A stretch of DNA of 62,941 nucleotides, filler included, from Basidioascus undulatus (taxonomy: Eukaryota), in assembly GCA_000826855.1 (NCBI GenBank). It is 4 parts of 4 records of this genome, joined end to end, with 100 filler letters (N's around TTAATTAATTAA, not from the genome) between each part and the next. Parts side by side here need not be neighbours in the genome. Positions count along the whole stretch, not along the records: positions 1 to 15,707 come from JTLS01000629.1; 3 more parts are not named here. One strand, written 5' to 3'. The position numbers and the translations under genes are program-made. The notes beneath the pieces are model-generated. The model was given only the letters and a program-made list of their open reading frames with translations, was not told the origin of the DNA and made no database searches. This document shows, piece by piece, positions 1 through 13,849 of this stretch. Position 1 is the stretch's first letter; each line of letters opens with the position of its first letter.

Positions 1-2728
1 TGGTCCGCTTGCACCACTTGCAAAGAAGCGTTTTTCAATTTCTGGTTTACCGCATCATCAGTTTCGCTCGAAAGGAAGGCGAAGACAGATGGGTGACTCA
101 CTTCGCCGTTCTTCTTCTCCCCTTCCCGCATCTCCGCCTCGCCGGTGAACTCGACATAGCACAAGTTCCTGCAGCCACAACATCAGCGCTTGGGTTGACC
201 TGGGGATAGAGAGGGCAACCGCAACGGACCGCTGAGCGCCGGTCTTGTGGTCATACACGAGCTTGACGCTGGTGATGCCCGCGCTCTCGCCGCCAAAGAA
301 CTCGCGCACGTCCGCCTCCGACACGGGCGGGACGAGCCCGCGCACGAAGAGCGTCCACGGCGTCCGCTCCGGCTTCGCCTTGGACGTGGGCGTCTTGCGG
401 CCGGCGCTCGGAGCCGCCGCGGACGTGGGCGAGGTCGCGGCGCTCGCGTCGTCGTAATCCCTTGCCGCGCCCTTCTTGTTCGCGTCTGCGGACGCCGACG
501 GCGCAGCAGCGGGGGCAGGCGTCGGCGCAGGCGTCGGCGTCTTGGTCGTCTCGGCTTGCGGAGGCTGTGCGTCGGCCTTGCCGTTCTGCTGCTGCTGTTG
601 CTTGTCCACGGGCGTCTTCGAGCGCGCGGACGGGCCGGTGGGCGTCGGAGGCTTGAAGGAGGCGGTCGGCGTCGTTGGCTTTGAAGGGCCGGACGGCGCG
701 GGCTTGGAGGGTGCGGAGGGAGGCTGCTTCGCCGGCGCAGAAGCGGATGCGGCGGGAGCGGCCTGGAGAGGACGGCCGGCTTGCGGACCGGTAGGAGGCG
801 CGACGGGCGTGTTGACGGTCGTTGAGGGGGAGCTGGCGAGTCGGTGCATGTCTGTTGTTGAGTAACGAGCGTCAGAAGAGACCCAGGAAGCGTGATGTGC
901 CAAATAGGTTCCGCACAAGAGAAGCCCTGCGACTTGATCTCGCTGCCGATCTTGCCATCCTGTGAGTTGAGAAGGCGGTTTCAGCCACAGTACACGGCAC
1001 AGCAGCCCACGAAACGCACCTTAACGTCCAGAACTATGCTTCCTACTGCTGCATCCGCCAGGTTCAGGTGCCAGCAGTGCTTCCAAGCCTCGTCGTTCCC
1101 TCCGCCCGTCTTCCCCGCGCTCGGACCCGGCACGCGGTTCGTGACGGTGAGGAAGTTGGACAGGAGGACGCGCTGATTTCCGCTGCTCCAGTCAATCCCT
1201 CGCATCAGTCCCCCACCCTCTCTCTCGCTGCCCGTGGATTTAAAGCCACGCACTCAAGCACCCGCTCGACCTGCTCCTTGACCGTCTCGTACACCTCGTG
1301 CACCGCCGTCCGGCCCGCGATGAGCTTGCTCATGAACACCTCGTAGCTCGGGAAGACGGAGAAATCGTTGTACGAGCTGCTCATGCGGAAGTGCAGCGAC
1401 GCGGAGATGGTGATGTCCGCCTTGAGCACGAGCGCGAGCTGCGCGAGCAAGCCCTCCCGCCCGGGCGAGGCGTGCGTGACGAGCAGACGCGTCTCGGTCG
1501 TGTCGTAGACCTGATGAAGAGGAGATATGAGTTGGGTGGTTGGGTGCTGGTATGAAACGTGGAGGAGGCACCCGCTGAGCAGTGTCGACCAGCTCGCCTA
1601 GTTGCAGAGCGGTAATCCAGGTCGTGCCTTCGTTGGAAGAACCCTCCAAGTGAGCGCCTGAGTCCCCGCACAGACAAGACGGGTCACTCACCTTGACCAC
1701 CAGCGATAGTAGCCGTGCCCTCCCCTGTAAACATCCGTCTTTCAGCATCCGCTTATCCCATGCTGCCCACAGCGCTCATGCCGAACATACCGTTGTCAAA
1801 CAGCTGCACAGCCGATCCTTCGAGTCAGAAGCGACTCTCACGCAACTGATCCTCCTCTACTACGCACCTTGTGCAAAACCAGCGCACCGCCCAGACCAAA
1901 GAGACGCAGCTTGATGCCGCCGACTTGGAGCAACGAGGTCGTCGCTTCGTCGAGGATGTGCAGGTTCGGCACGCTGTACTCGCGCGTGCGGAGCTTCTCC
2001 TGTATATATGGAATATGAAGCAGTCCCTCTTCATCAGATGTGCCCCCATCTCCCAGATCTCCCTCGATCGTCACTCAACAAGGGGAGATGACGCACGAGG
2101 ACCTGGACGTCTTCGCAAGCTCCTGCAACGGCGTACACCGGTACGTCAAGCTAGCCACTCTACTTCAGCGCATGCTCAACGCCAGATTCCGCTCCTGATC
2201 TCACCTTGAGATCGCCGGAAACGAGGAGAGGCAAGGTGGAGAGCAGGGGCGTCGGGTGGGAGGTTATGGTCGAGCGGAGGGTGGAGACGGGGGTGTTGGG
2301 GCTCAGGAGGCTCGACCGGAGGGAAGGTGGGAAAGTCGGGCTGTAAGTGATGAGGTGCCTGAGGACTTTGTCCGATATGCGCTCGATGCTCGAGTTGTCT
2401 GGCGCATCGGACCGAGAGATGAGCGCTGGGTGGAAGACAGGCAGGTAGAGATCTCGGGTGACTTGCCGATGAAGCCAATGTCGCCGGTGTGGATGATGGC
2501 GTCCACATTGTGCTGCTTGGCGAGCTCGTTGAGCAGCTTGAACTCGCCCCTCGTATCGGCCAGACACAAGACTGCCCATCCCGGCTACGCATCAGACACC
2601 GGAGCGGAGAGTAAGACGGGAGGCCAGCGTGCGGCTGCTGCTGACGCACTGCGCGCTCCTCCGCCCGGGGTCTCGAACACTCGAGCTGATGAGGCGGCTG
2701 CGCGGGGACCTGATGGCGGCTGGGACAT
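1..2728 (-). CDS. Multi-exon fungal protein: calcineurin-like metallophosphoesterase domain, DUF2433-like region, Pro/Ala-rich linker and C-terminal RRM (3' end cut by window edge)
   Basis: Spliced N-terminus MSQPPSG...ARILCLADTRG...AIIHTGDIGF (metallophosphoesterase D/GD motifs). Central exons LKADITISASLHFR and WKHCWHLNLADAAVGSIVLDV. RRM-like LFVRGL...SEADVREFF...VKLVYD.../LCYVEF at about 150-330. GT-AG introns join the pieces. Confidence 0.75.
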
Positions 2729-3275
2729 CGTCGGCGTCGGGGGTGGCGGCGGCGGCGGCGGCGGGGATGGCAATGGCGAGGTGGGAGAAGGCAGCGAGCG
2801 CGGCGGACGCGGCAGCTTGGGAGCGGGCCGGCGCGCGTGGGCCTCCTCCCGCCGGGCTGACCCTAGCTGCAGCTGCCCATTCGGCGCTGTTCCTGTAGCC
2901 TTTCGCATTCGCCGCTGCACATAAAACACATTTAGTATGAAAAGACATTCAGATTTTGTGATTGATCTTTTCAGAGACTTAGCGCCATGGGCCAATGAGA
3001 AGGTCTCTTTTATGTAGGACTTTGGCCCGCCAACGCAGCCGCTTCTTGAGTGAAAGCGATCGAGAAACCACTGTTTCTTCTCGTTACCAGCAACAGATCA
3101 CTATTTTCGGTACTGCTCAACATGTCCGTAGTTTTGACCCCCGAGGGCAAGCCAGACCGCAGGCAACAAGTCAGAAACGATGCAGAGCTCGTAAACAGCG
3201 AAAGCACGTCTACAACAGATTCGTCTCCATTTGTCCATTTCCGCGCTAAAGTTCGTAACAAATAAACTATCTGCC

Positions 3276-6200
3276 TTAAGAACTACTGGGGCTTTCCCCG
3301 CGCTCCGCGTGGTTGTGCGCCTTCTCGGGCGGAGCGTCGTCGCTGTCGCCCTTGGGCAACCTAGTCCAGTCCCACTCCTCCATGCCTGCATCGCGGCATT
3401 CCTTGGAAGCCTTGTAGACGTTCCAGCTCTTGGCGCAAGAGAAGTAGACGTCCACATCCTCGAGCGGGCGGCCAGCAGCTGTTGAATCAGAACATTATTG
3501 TCAGCCTTCCTTTTCACACGCGGGATCTCCGAACGCTGCTTACTCTCGGGATACACTGAAGGAGAGAGGGTAAAATTTGCGCGGCTGCACGGTCTGGTAA
3601 GAGACGAATTAGACGAATTCCGTACGCACTGAAGTAGATGAAGGGAATGACGAAGATGTTGAGCCCCATGAGCAGAAGAAGCACGCCGTACGAGATCGCT
3701 TGGAACAGGAACGGCGTGATCATCGTAACGACGCCTGAAGTCGACGAGAATATGGAGTCAGTGAACTTTCTCCTTTCCCTTCGCAGACATATCAGAGTGC
3801 ACGCTTACCGTTACCGATCGACCAACCGAGCACCGACCAGGCGCCTCCTTTCGCTCGCACCTGAACGGATAAAAGATGAGCGTCGGGGTTTATACAGCCA
3901 GTAAGAGGTCAAGCTTAAAGCGTACGAAGGTCGGGAAAATCTCGGTCGGATATCTGCAGTCCTGCTTGGTCAGACTATGAAAATTAGGGAAGGCTCGAGG
4001 TGAGGTAACGCACAACCAAGGCACTGTAAGCCAGGTCGCACCGAACTATGTACGGCGTCGTCGTCAGCTCAGAAGCGCCTGAAACAAGAGAGGTATCCAA
4101 GTTCTATTGGTGAAAGGAAGCACAGTTGCTGTATAAAGGAAGGTAAAAGCGGCCGTCCCCGCTCCGTAGGCTCGCTGGTTCGGTCCGCCCTCGTTGGCGT
4201 CTGCGTGCGGGCAATACAGTCAGTACAGAATTGCGCTCTCTGGCAATTAAGATAAGACCCTTACACTTATCCAATATTCCACCAATAAGCAGCCAGACGG
4301 CCATGACGACAGCGCCCCATATCAGAGTGCTCCGACGTCCGCAGCGATCGAGTGTAAACACAGCGAAGCATACACTGGAGGACAGGTCTGGGTTTCAGAA
4401 GAGCTCGCTAGGGAGGGGGAGAGGAATATACGAGAACATGTAGGAAATGTTGTTGAAACCCGCGAGCAGCTTGCTCAAGTTCAGACTGAATCCGGCATCC
4501 CCTGTGCGCAAGTTCGCAGTCAGGTCCTTCGTCCTCCGGACTGTACCCAGTGCAGTGACCGCTGTGACCTACGGAACAAGTCCACTGCGTATACTGTGAT
4601 AACACCGATTCCGACCTGCGAGCGAAGTCAAGTTCAGCGCATGCTCCCGAGGTATAGAGCGACTAGCACTGACCAGTTCCTGCATGATCTGCAGCCAAAC
4701 AGCGAGAACGACGCGCCTCCTGAGATCCTTCTGGTACGGCGTCTTCGGGAAGACCATGCGCCAGTAACGATTATCGTCGCGGTGCTTGTTCTCCTCCCTG
4801 ACGGCGTTGACGATCCCACGGAGCTCCTTCTCGACGTCGCCCTTGCGCACGGCCTTGAGGGCCTCGCGCGCCTCCTTGACGCGCCCGACCTTAGCGAGCC
4901 AGCGCGGGCTCTCGCAGAAGAAGGGGATGAGCGCGAGGATCACGGCGAGGAAGACGATCTGCAGGGCGAGCGGAGTGCGCCACGCCATAATCTTGTGCGA
5001 GGCCGTCCAGTCGTCCTCCGGGCCTGAGCCAAGATACTGCGAATAGCGTTAGGAGGGCAAGTGGGACAAGAAGGGTAACGAGAGTTTCTTACGGCAAAGT
5101 ACTCGATCCAATACGCCAGAGCCAGACCGGCGATGTTAGCGACGAATTCCTGAAGATATGAATGGTAATGAGAATGGTGCGGGGGAGAATGAGGGAAGAC
5201 ACGACTGTACCAATGCGATGAACTTGCCTCTCGCCTGGTGGGACGAGACTTCGGCACTCCATACCGGAATGACAGCGTCGATAGCGCCCACCCCCAAGCC
5301 AGTAACGACCTGTTCCCCAGGGGCAACGTAAGCTGTCTGTATCCTGCGAGGAACCACACCTGGGAGCACGTACTCGGGCGCAGCACATCCACGTGATGTT
5401 GTAGGCGCTAGCTTGAAACACAGCCCCGATGACGGAAACGATGCAGCCGAGAATAATGGCTCGTATCCGACCTGCGCGATCCGCAATGCTACCTCCCACA
5501 AGGGCTCCGATAAGCGAGCCTGCCCACGAGACGGCTGCGTAAGTCCTGATGTTCTACTGGGATATGTGTGTCCTATACAGCGTACCATAGTAAACCTGTT
5601 ATCACCTTCATCAGCTGTGTAACGCAGGCCGAAAACTTTCGAATTTCGAGACGCTACAGAAACAATGCCGCCTAGCGCGGCGACGTTACGGTTGTTGCTC
5701 TCTGAAGAAACGCATGCGGAGTCAGTATGTGCCACGTGCAAGGAATTGAAGTTTGCAACGGACCTTGAGGATAAATTCCCATTAAATGTTGATAGTTCGG
5801 GTTGAGGTTGACCTTTGAAGGAAACACGCAAGCGGTCAGACGAAAGAAGACAGAGATGAAAAGCAAAGCAGCTGCGTACCTGCGACATGACACCTTCAAC
5901 ACAATTAAAAAGTACCGTAAGCTTCCCATCCCTGATAGACAAGACGCCACCGCCATGCGCACCTTGGTCATAGCCCTGTGTGGACGGCGTCAGTCGACTA
6001 CGGATCTTGCTTTCAATGGCAAGGACGTACGTAGAAGAGGATGGCCAGGCCGCCAAGCGCGTTGATAGCAGTGTAGTAATGCTCCGGGTTCTTAAACTTG
6101 GTGCCCAAGCAACTTGTTGATTGAGTATCCCTGCGCGAAAGCTTGAAAAGGGTGACCTACCCTGATCATCCGCTTAGGCGAGTATCCCTGCAGTCAGACG

Positions 6201-6408
6201 CAGCCGTCAGCGATCTGCTTCCTCAACGTCGGAATGCCATACGCCAACGTACAGGCATGAATTTGGCAAAATACCACTCGGGCTCGACTTCTTCATCATC
6301 GATCAACTTCTCGGGCGGCTTGTCATTCCTATCCTCCAGCTGCTCATGCTCGGCGCCTGTGTCGTTGAATCGCTTTGGTTTCGTGTCGTGGCCGTTGCCG
6401 TTGGCCAT
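3276..6408 (-). CDS. MFS sugar porter family transporter, many exons including microexons
   Basis: Exons encode GYDQG-VMS, ADRAGR, IPVWSAE...ARGKFIA, WRTPLALQ, ESPRWL, QIMQEL, DRCGRR and YPE-TAGRPLE, all sugar-porter signatures. ATG at 6408 (MANGNGHD), TAA at 3276-3278. Confidence 0.9.
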
Positions 6409-7433
6409 ACTGGACGGTGGTAGGGGATACGGGACGAGAGCGGGGGTGGTAAAGGTGAATGGAGTGGTGAAAGTATGGTGGATGGAAGGAATCTGCACAC
6501 ACCGACCTCGACCTGGGGCCGGCCGTGCTCGAAGGGTGGATCAGGAGTGTAATCGGTTTCTGTGCATTACGTCAAGAGCCTGCGTATCATGCTGGACGCT
6601 GCGCTGTCTGATGTCCAGGAAGTATTTCTCACGCAGCGATACATACTTTCATAAAAATTGACAGGCAAAAGTGATTGCATATATTTGGAACACGCCCCAT
6701 GGCGCCCGAGAGCGATCGACTTTGCGAAGACCGGAGAACGTTGGAGAGCTGTAGACTATGACGCGGGGAGCGCTGCCAGCCATTGCGTACCCTTCGATGC
6801 TCTCGCTCCATTGCGTGCCCTCGCCGCTGCCGATGCAGTCGACTCGTAATGACGCAACTTCAACACCTGCAGCTACAGACAGCTGCTCATGCAACCTGAG
6901 CAGGTACGCTCCAGCCGGTGAATTCATCGCGAGGAAGCATGCCAGGACGACTCACCCAGCTCACCTACTGCGCAGCCTTCCCCATCTGGTCCCGCAGTTA
7001 CGAACTGGAAAATAGAGAAGCTAGCGAAGAGTTCACTGTGCCACTCAAAAGCCATGGCTCTCCTGAGAGGCTTGAGTGAGTGAGCAAAAGAAGACCTTGA
7101 AGCGAACAACTTGATACTGTCGACGGACAAACGGTCGTTTCCTTGCCCTTCCGGAACCCTCAGCTGAAGGTTCCTACAAGCCGGGGGTTGGATATTGCTG
7201 AAACCCCTCATGGTTGCACAGCTACCGTGACAGACGAAGCACTTTCGCGCTCTCGCTACGGCCGCCTGTCAGCTTCGAGCTTCACCGCACAATTCAGACT
7301 ACTGGTATGCTCTGATTGAGTCCATCGAGTCACCAGTACGAAACAACATAACCTTTGGAATTTGGACGGGCAAAGGAAGACCAACAGTACATAAGCGGAG
7401 TTACGCAATTCAGTTTCTGAAACCACTCGCAGG

Positions 7434-8197
7434 TTGCTATCCGACGTTACATTAACGATCCGCCCAGTCCACGCGACTCGTACGATCCGCCTCGCTTGTT
7501 CAGACTCACATACAATCTACTTCGAAACGCGTCTTTCAATGGCTCAATCGAATGTCCCGACTCTGGCGCTGCTCGAGCTGCCCTGGGAGGTCCCCGCTCA
7601 CATCGTCACCTTGTGCACCTGGAGATTGAGAATCACGCGAACGAGCCGGACGATGAAGACAGGGCCTTCCTCCTTCCACCAGCGAATTTCGACCTTCGAC
7701 TTCTATCCGCCGCAGGTGAGACCTTGAGGCTGTTCAGGTACCGTACGCAGAGTTGGGACACTCAGGCACTGGCGACGGCCTGCGAGATCTTCCCGCATCT
7801 TGAGGAGCTCGACAAAGTGCGACAGCCATGACGACTCGTGGCCGGTTTGGAAGCTACGTTCCCCTCTCTCCGATGGACGTCATTCACCAAGGTCGCTCTG
7901 CTGATCGCAATTACCTGCTTGTAGGATGGCTACCTACTTCCCCTGTCGAGCTTGCGCAACCTCACGTGTCTCGGGCTCTCGCATGACTTCGAACGGCTCG
8001 CTCACGATGAGCGGGACGGAAACCATGACATCGCGTGGTACCGGCGTTTCCACACGAGGCTATTCAAGGCAACCCGCCACATCGCGGCTGCGTGTCTCCG
8101 GTTGCGCCAATGCAGACTTCCGAGTCTAGTATCGTTAGGGCCGCTTTCAGTTCTTATCAACAGATTTGGCAAGCCCATGTATCTTCTAATCGATTAA
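7434..8197 (+). pseudogene. Possible decayed F-box/LRR-like gene fragment
   Basis: LRR-like peptides (FPHLEEL, LSSLRNLTCLGL, TRHIAAACLRLRQC) spread over different frames with stops; no clean start. Confidence 0.3.
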
Positions 8198-9199
8198 ATC
8201 ACGAGAATTGAAATAACGGAAGAGAGGATGCGCAAATCTCGACTGGACTGCCTCGCCATCTTGTGCGATTCGGTTAGGGTTAAGGCAAGGCTGCGTATTG
8301 CGTAGAGTTGGGTCGAACGGCTGAAAGGGCGTGCGTCTCCACGCCGCAAAATACAGTTACAAGAGAATACAACCAGCCATCCTCAGCATCACAACGAAGA
8401 AAAAGACATTCAAGGCAACCCACGCATCAAAATAACAAACCGTGCAATACAGCCACAAGAAAGGTGCGACTAACCAGGTACTAGGCAATTCGCAAAGCTT
8501 CCGTTCAGAAACCTCCGCGCTCCAGTCCTCCCCCTAAGCTGCAGCGGCTTCAAGTGCTGCGTTCAAGTACCTCCTATATTGTATAATCGAGGCCCGCTCG
8601 AGGCTGAACACCGTAGCGGCCAAACTTCGGTGGCCGGTCGAGCGCGCACAGAGGTCTTTGAACGATAGGGCCGCTGCAACGTCCAGCATACCATTCAGGA
8701 TGACGGAGGCATTCTCGTCCGAGTTTTGGATGGAACCAGAGAGATGTGGTAACGGAAGTGAAGCAATGCACCTTTGAGTCTGGGATGGCGAGCATCCCGA
8801 CATGCTTCGACGTGGGGAGAAACAGCTTTGGGGTATCAGGCCTGAGCAAGGGAGGACAAACGAATGATCCTCCACAGAACTAGACCGTCCAGGTCTGCGG
8901 AAGTAGCAGAAACTGAGTCTACTGCTGGGGGCGATTCATAGTTTGTTAGTAGCGTTCAGGTACATTGACTTCTATCTCCCACCCTCTCCCCATCATCGAA
9001 CAAATCCATTAAACCCCTCAGTCGCGATGCGCCTTGCACCACTGAAAAGGAAAGACGTCATAATGTCAGCCAGGCGAGTGAAAACCGAATGAATCTTAAA
9101 GAACGCACCGCCTTGTGGTTTCGCCAGTCCTCCCGCTGATGCGCCGGACTGCAATATGTTGCGCTCTTGCAAGCCTGGCACATCGAGCGGGTCGGCCTG

Positions 9200-10126
9200 C
9201 GGCAGACCTCGTAAAGGCCGCCGCAATACATATTTAATTCTTCGACTCGTCTGCATGCCTCGTCGAAGAATTGAGGCAGCTCAGAGACTGGCCTCTCGTC
9301 GTGTACAGTTTCAAGCTCAGAGACTGGCCCGTCTCGTCGCGTACAGTTTCAGCAGTTTCGAGGATCTTTGATCGAGACTCTTCCAGGATAGCGATGCGAG
9401 TTTGTCGGCTTTCTTCTCGCCTTCAGGATTCAAGCAAGAGACGCTCTACGCTACTGAGCGTGGGGAGGCTGGTGTGGCGATCGACGTTGAATTGTAACCA
9501 TGGGTCGGGGTGTCCCTGCATGAACATGGATAGCAGATGGGAGATAAGGTGCCAGCGCAGCCTTAGATTCCACCGCCTGGGGCCTTCGACCTCGTAAGAC
9601 TGTTCAACAAGCGACTCAATGAACGACGCAGATTGCCGAATGGGCGAGACGAGGTTGGTGTACTTGTCGACAGTGAACCGTTCACCGCCGCCAACGAAAA
9701 AAATCGTGTCCTGAATGAGATACGAGGGAACCCATCATACTCGGAGCGATCCTAGGCCTATTGGAAGATGGCAATGCCGTATTCTATTGCCGGCTCGGAT
9801 GACCCAATCGTGGCGATGTAAACAGCATCTGTCTCGATCGAGGATGACTTGCCTTGTAGCAGGTCATTGAGAGCTTGTACCGCAAGCCCGATGCCACTCG
9901 TCTCTCCAAGAGCTATATTAAGTGGCCGAACCACAGAGGAATACGAGACGGGCCTATTTCTTCCAAACGGTACGGCGAAAAATCCGGCTCCCGGAGAAGT
10001 TTCCGTCATGGCTCCATAGGAGTGTGGCCAGATTAAGTGATATTGAGAAAGATTGAGAGAGATGTCGCGGTTAGGGAGAATGCCCAATTTCGGGGAATCG
10101 TCCTCGTACTGAATGGAAATGGGCAT
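9200..10126 (-). pseudogene. Decayed gene of unknown family
   Basis: 122-aa ORF 9758-10126 followed by protein-like sequence (DTIFFVGGGERFTVDKY...) broken by stops and an internal tandem duplication. Confidence 0.25.
9278..9351. repeat. Imperfect tandem duplication (36 + 38 bp)
   Basis: agctcagagactggcc--tctcgtcgtgtacagtttca followed by agctcagagactggcccgtctcgtcgcgtacagtttca. Confidence 0.9.
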
Positions 10127-11004
10127 GAGGGATTGATCCTGCGAGCGATTGAGTGAAGAACACCGCGAGCCTCGAGCGATCGATGCGATATAAGGCCAAC
10201 CGAAAAGGGAACTGATATCGATCTATGGACGCTATATTGAGAAAAAGGGAAGAAGGATGCCGGTGAAAGGAGGAAGGTGAGCGTGAGTTTCAGTGGAAGG
10301 AGCACGAGTGGGAAGAGACACGGAGGGCGATGATGTTTTGCGAAGCTCCAAGAATATTGGACGGGGTCATTGCGGAGGCGGCCCGTTCTAGGCCCATACC
10401 TCGACCTCATGACGGAGATATGCAGATTCTCTCACCTCCCTTATCCCCGCTGTCTGGTTCTTCGGTTCGTTGTTCTGTGCCGGGATGGCGAGGCCGCAGA
10501 CTGCCGCAGACTTGCTTTCCAGAAGCTGAAGTTCGTGCTCAGTTGCAGCTCAAGGTAAGACAATGCAGTTTTGTGTTTCTTGCCCTTTTAAAGCCTCAAT
10601 TGGCCCGGCTAGCATGCAGTTTGGACCGATTGATCGGTCCACGTACACCTTCCCAGCAAGATCTGAACACGCCGCAAACGGTTCTGCCCGTCTGGTATTC
10701 TTTTTGAGCTCTTCTTCTTATTGTTAAATTTTCAGGTACTCTCTGGGGATATATAAATGTAAATTTTTTGTACACTCGGGGCAGAGGCGCGGTGACGTTT
10801 CCGGAGACATCCGATCGGCGCAGAGTGACAGCCAGATAGGAAAGGCGTGCCTCTGCAACTTGCAACTTGCATGGGGCTCATCACGTTAGAATAATCAACA
10901 GCAGCAACAAGGGCGTGGGCGCACGGGCCGGCAACTGTGTTCTTGCCCTTCTACGTCCGGACCCCTTTCCACTCTTGGCCTCTGACCGTCATCCTCCGCT
11001 CCTC

Positions 11005-12200
11005 ATGGCAATCTTCACCTCCCTCCCCGACGCATATCCTCGTCCAAATTCTTCCTCTCGCTACGCGCACCTCTCCAGAGGGGTACGGCACGGGCGTGCC
11101 GCTCCAGACTGGGCAAAAGGGCCGGCGTACGATTTCACTCGATTGTCGCTGCTCAACCGTTGGTTGCATGCGCTCATGGAGCGCTTTCTCTACCGATTAA
11201 TCGCGCTGGGGGATCCCCTCACCTCACTGCCGGCAGCGCCCCGGTCCGGCTCTTCCTTCGCTCAATCGTTTCGCTCCCGGAGCTGTTGGCGCATGTTCGA
11301 AGCTCTCGCTTACGTGGGATGCGGTGGACGAGGAGGACCAGGATGAGAATGTGGGAAATGAGGGCGAGGAAGGCAAGGAGGATGGAGACGGGAATTGCAC
11401 GGAGCTTGAGGATGACGGCGAGATGAGGATTCGACTCAGGAAAGCAAGCTCTTCGAAGACGTCGCGACGGCCTCGGGCCAACAGCAGGTGGTGCGTGCGC
11501 TGAAGCGTGGCTGGGAGACCGCCCAAGTCGTCCTTCTTCTCGATCTCCTTCCGAACCTGCTCGGGCTGGACGTCACTCCGCCTTACGGAGCCCGGCTCTT
11601 CTTCGATGCCATCAAAGGTTCTGCCTCCTCCTACATGTCGTGTCTCCCACGGTCGCCCCGCGCGGCCTGTCTTCCCTGTGCGAGCTCTCCACCTGCTGGC
11701 GCGATACTGTGAACGGCTTCGCGCTCTCGCAGATTGTCCCGTGCCTCTCGCTCCCCTCGCTCCAGAAGCTCATAGCGCACATGGTCGAGGCCGATGATGC
11801 CGAGGACAACGACAGGGGCCTGTCCGCCATGTACGGCTCGTCGCAAGTCACGGACCTGGTATTCTCGTACAGCGCGATCCACGCGTCCGCGCTCGCGAAG
11901 GTCCTCCGCCTCCGGCGTGCGCTCGAGCGCTTCTATGCCAACGGCGGGATGATCTCGGCTGCGCGGACTTTGACCCGCCCGCGCTAGGCGCGGCGCTCGA
12001 GCACGTCCGGCCATCGCTGAGACATCTTGAGCTGAAGGACACGGACGGCGGTGAGCGGGTTCCAGGCACGATCGGCCTCGTTGGGCGCATACGCTGCGCT
12101 CGAGAGCGTTGTTATCTAAGAGCGTTGTTATCTCTCAGCCTCCTGTTCGAGCCGGGCGGCGGGCTGCAGTTGGCGGACGTCCTGGTTGGGCTGATGGTTG
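11005..12200 (+). pseudogene. Frameshifted F-box/LRR-like gene
   Basis: MAIFTSLPD-(+1 nt)-HILVQILPLA, TRLSLLNRWLHALMERFLYR, LFLRSIVSLPELLAHV, AQVVLLLDLLPNL and YGSSQVTDLVFSYSAI are collinear but in different frames, with no splice sites to reconcile them. Confidence 0.6.
12103..12133. repeat. Direct tandem duplication with 16-bp period inside the F-box relic
   Basis: agagcgttgttatct-a-agagcgttgttatct. Confidence 0.9.
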
Positions 12201-12718
12201 ATGTAGCAGGTTGAAAGTTGAAAGTCTGGCCATTTATGTGGATGCCAGCCAGCCGTCCACAGCCTTCCGTTTCCGTTTGCCTAGCCTTTCTTTCTTCGTC
12301 TTCATAGGGCCTGGTTCAGGTGGTCTCTCGCTTGCGCGAAAAGATTTTGCGCATCCTTTCCCTGAGCGTTCAATCGGTAGCAAAACCACTGCAAACCCCA
12401 TCCTATAAGTCGCGAAAGATGGGGATACCGACGACACGCGGGCCGTCAACGATTGACCGTGGTTCTCTATTACGCAGACTACTCCCTTGGTGGGGGCCCG
12501 TATGAGCTGTTAGAACAGCTGCATGTGCAGTGTTACAAATGTCAGCCTGCCCCCGCTTCATAATCTCTTATCTTAGCCGTGTGGAGCGCAGCTTCGCGCA
12601 AGCCTTCGAAGGCCGTCAGCGACGCGCACCTCATCATCTCTCCTTCCTCAGCACACCGTCATCAGTCCCTTCCTTATCCTTTCCACGGCCAGCAATTACC
12701 TACCTGGCCACCGGTACA

Positions 12719-13600
12719 ATGACAGACCCAAGTCAACCATCTGAGCTGCCGAAGAAGCACGTGCTCATCCTGTCCTACCCGTTCTGGGCCCCGCGTGAGT
12801 CTTCCCATCTCAAAGCAGTACGCTCACCATAATCGCCAGGAAAAGCGCTCACTCCCAGAACGCCCCGTTCTCGCGTTCATTGCGAATCTTCTCGCTGAGC
12901 TGGACGACTTTCTCATCACCTACGCGAATCACCGCGTGATCAGTATGTGCGATTCCTCCACAAATCTTATGTGCATTGCAACCTCATTTCTCCTAGTCTT
13001 ACCCCTATGACCCTACTTCATCACACCCCGTCCCTAAATCCCAAAGCGAGCTCGAGCGGCTGCATTGCAAGATAGACCGGCTCCGGCTCGTCGCGATCGG
13101 CGAGCCTCCAGCCTCAGCAGATTATGCGATGCTGATTGTCCCCATCACCGGAGACTTTATTTCCAAGTGGCTGGCCACCGCTGTGGCAGCTCTGGGGCCA
13201 GGGAAAGATCGAGGGACTCGTGTCGGGCGATAGCGAGGGCGCCGAGTGGCAGAGGCCGACGGCGATTCTGGTGCGTGAACAAGCTGCAGACACCCAGATG
13301 TGCTGGAGGGAGAGTTGATAGAAAACGCCCTTGAATAATCAACAGATGGATCGGATCGGCGGTGCGTACACCGAAAGCCCTACCCGCGAAGTTGTCGGGA
13401 AGAGGCCTGTTCTGGGGTGGCAGCCCGCCACCTTCACGGCCTTTAACCAGTGCGTGCGCCCATTTTATGTTTGTATCCCCTCAGTCCCCTAAAATTTAAC
13501 GCAAACCCTGAAACCATCAACAGCCAATTTGGACCTAATGTCGTGGGTGGGCTTGGGCATCATGGCTGCTACGGACGCCCTTTACACCGACGAGGAAAAA
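12719..13600 (+). pseudogene. Truncated UDP-glycosyltransferase (GT1) N-terminal domain relic
   Basis: MTDPSQPSELPKKHVLILSYPFWAP/QRPVLAFIANLL..., RPTAILV, PVLGWQP and QFGPNVVGGLG resemble the basidiomycete GT1 N-domain (from recall). The usual WGHxRP His position reads WAPQRP, and no PSPG-box C-domain follows. Confidence 0.55.
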
Positions 13601-13849
13601 AGCGTCAGTGCCGCGAGTACAACGAAATCATGAACGCGGTGAGCTCCATTCTAGCTAGGGAAAACTGTTTTCCAGGGGTGAACTGAATGTAAAACGTGCG
13701 ATGGGTTCAAGGTCTGGCTAGCGCAGAACGGGACGGACAAGGCCAATGGAACATTCGTCAAAGCGACTGGGCTTCGTCCCAAGTACGATTGGGAGTTTGT
13801 ACGTTTACATCCATCTGTATCACATTTTCCTTCTCTTCATTGAACCCCC

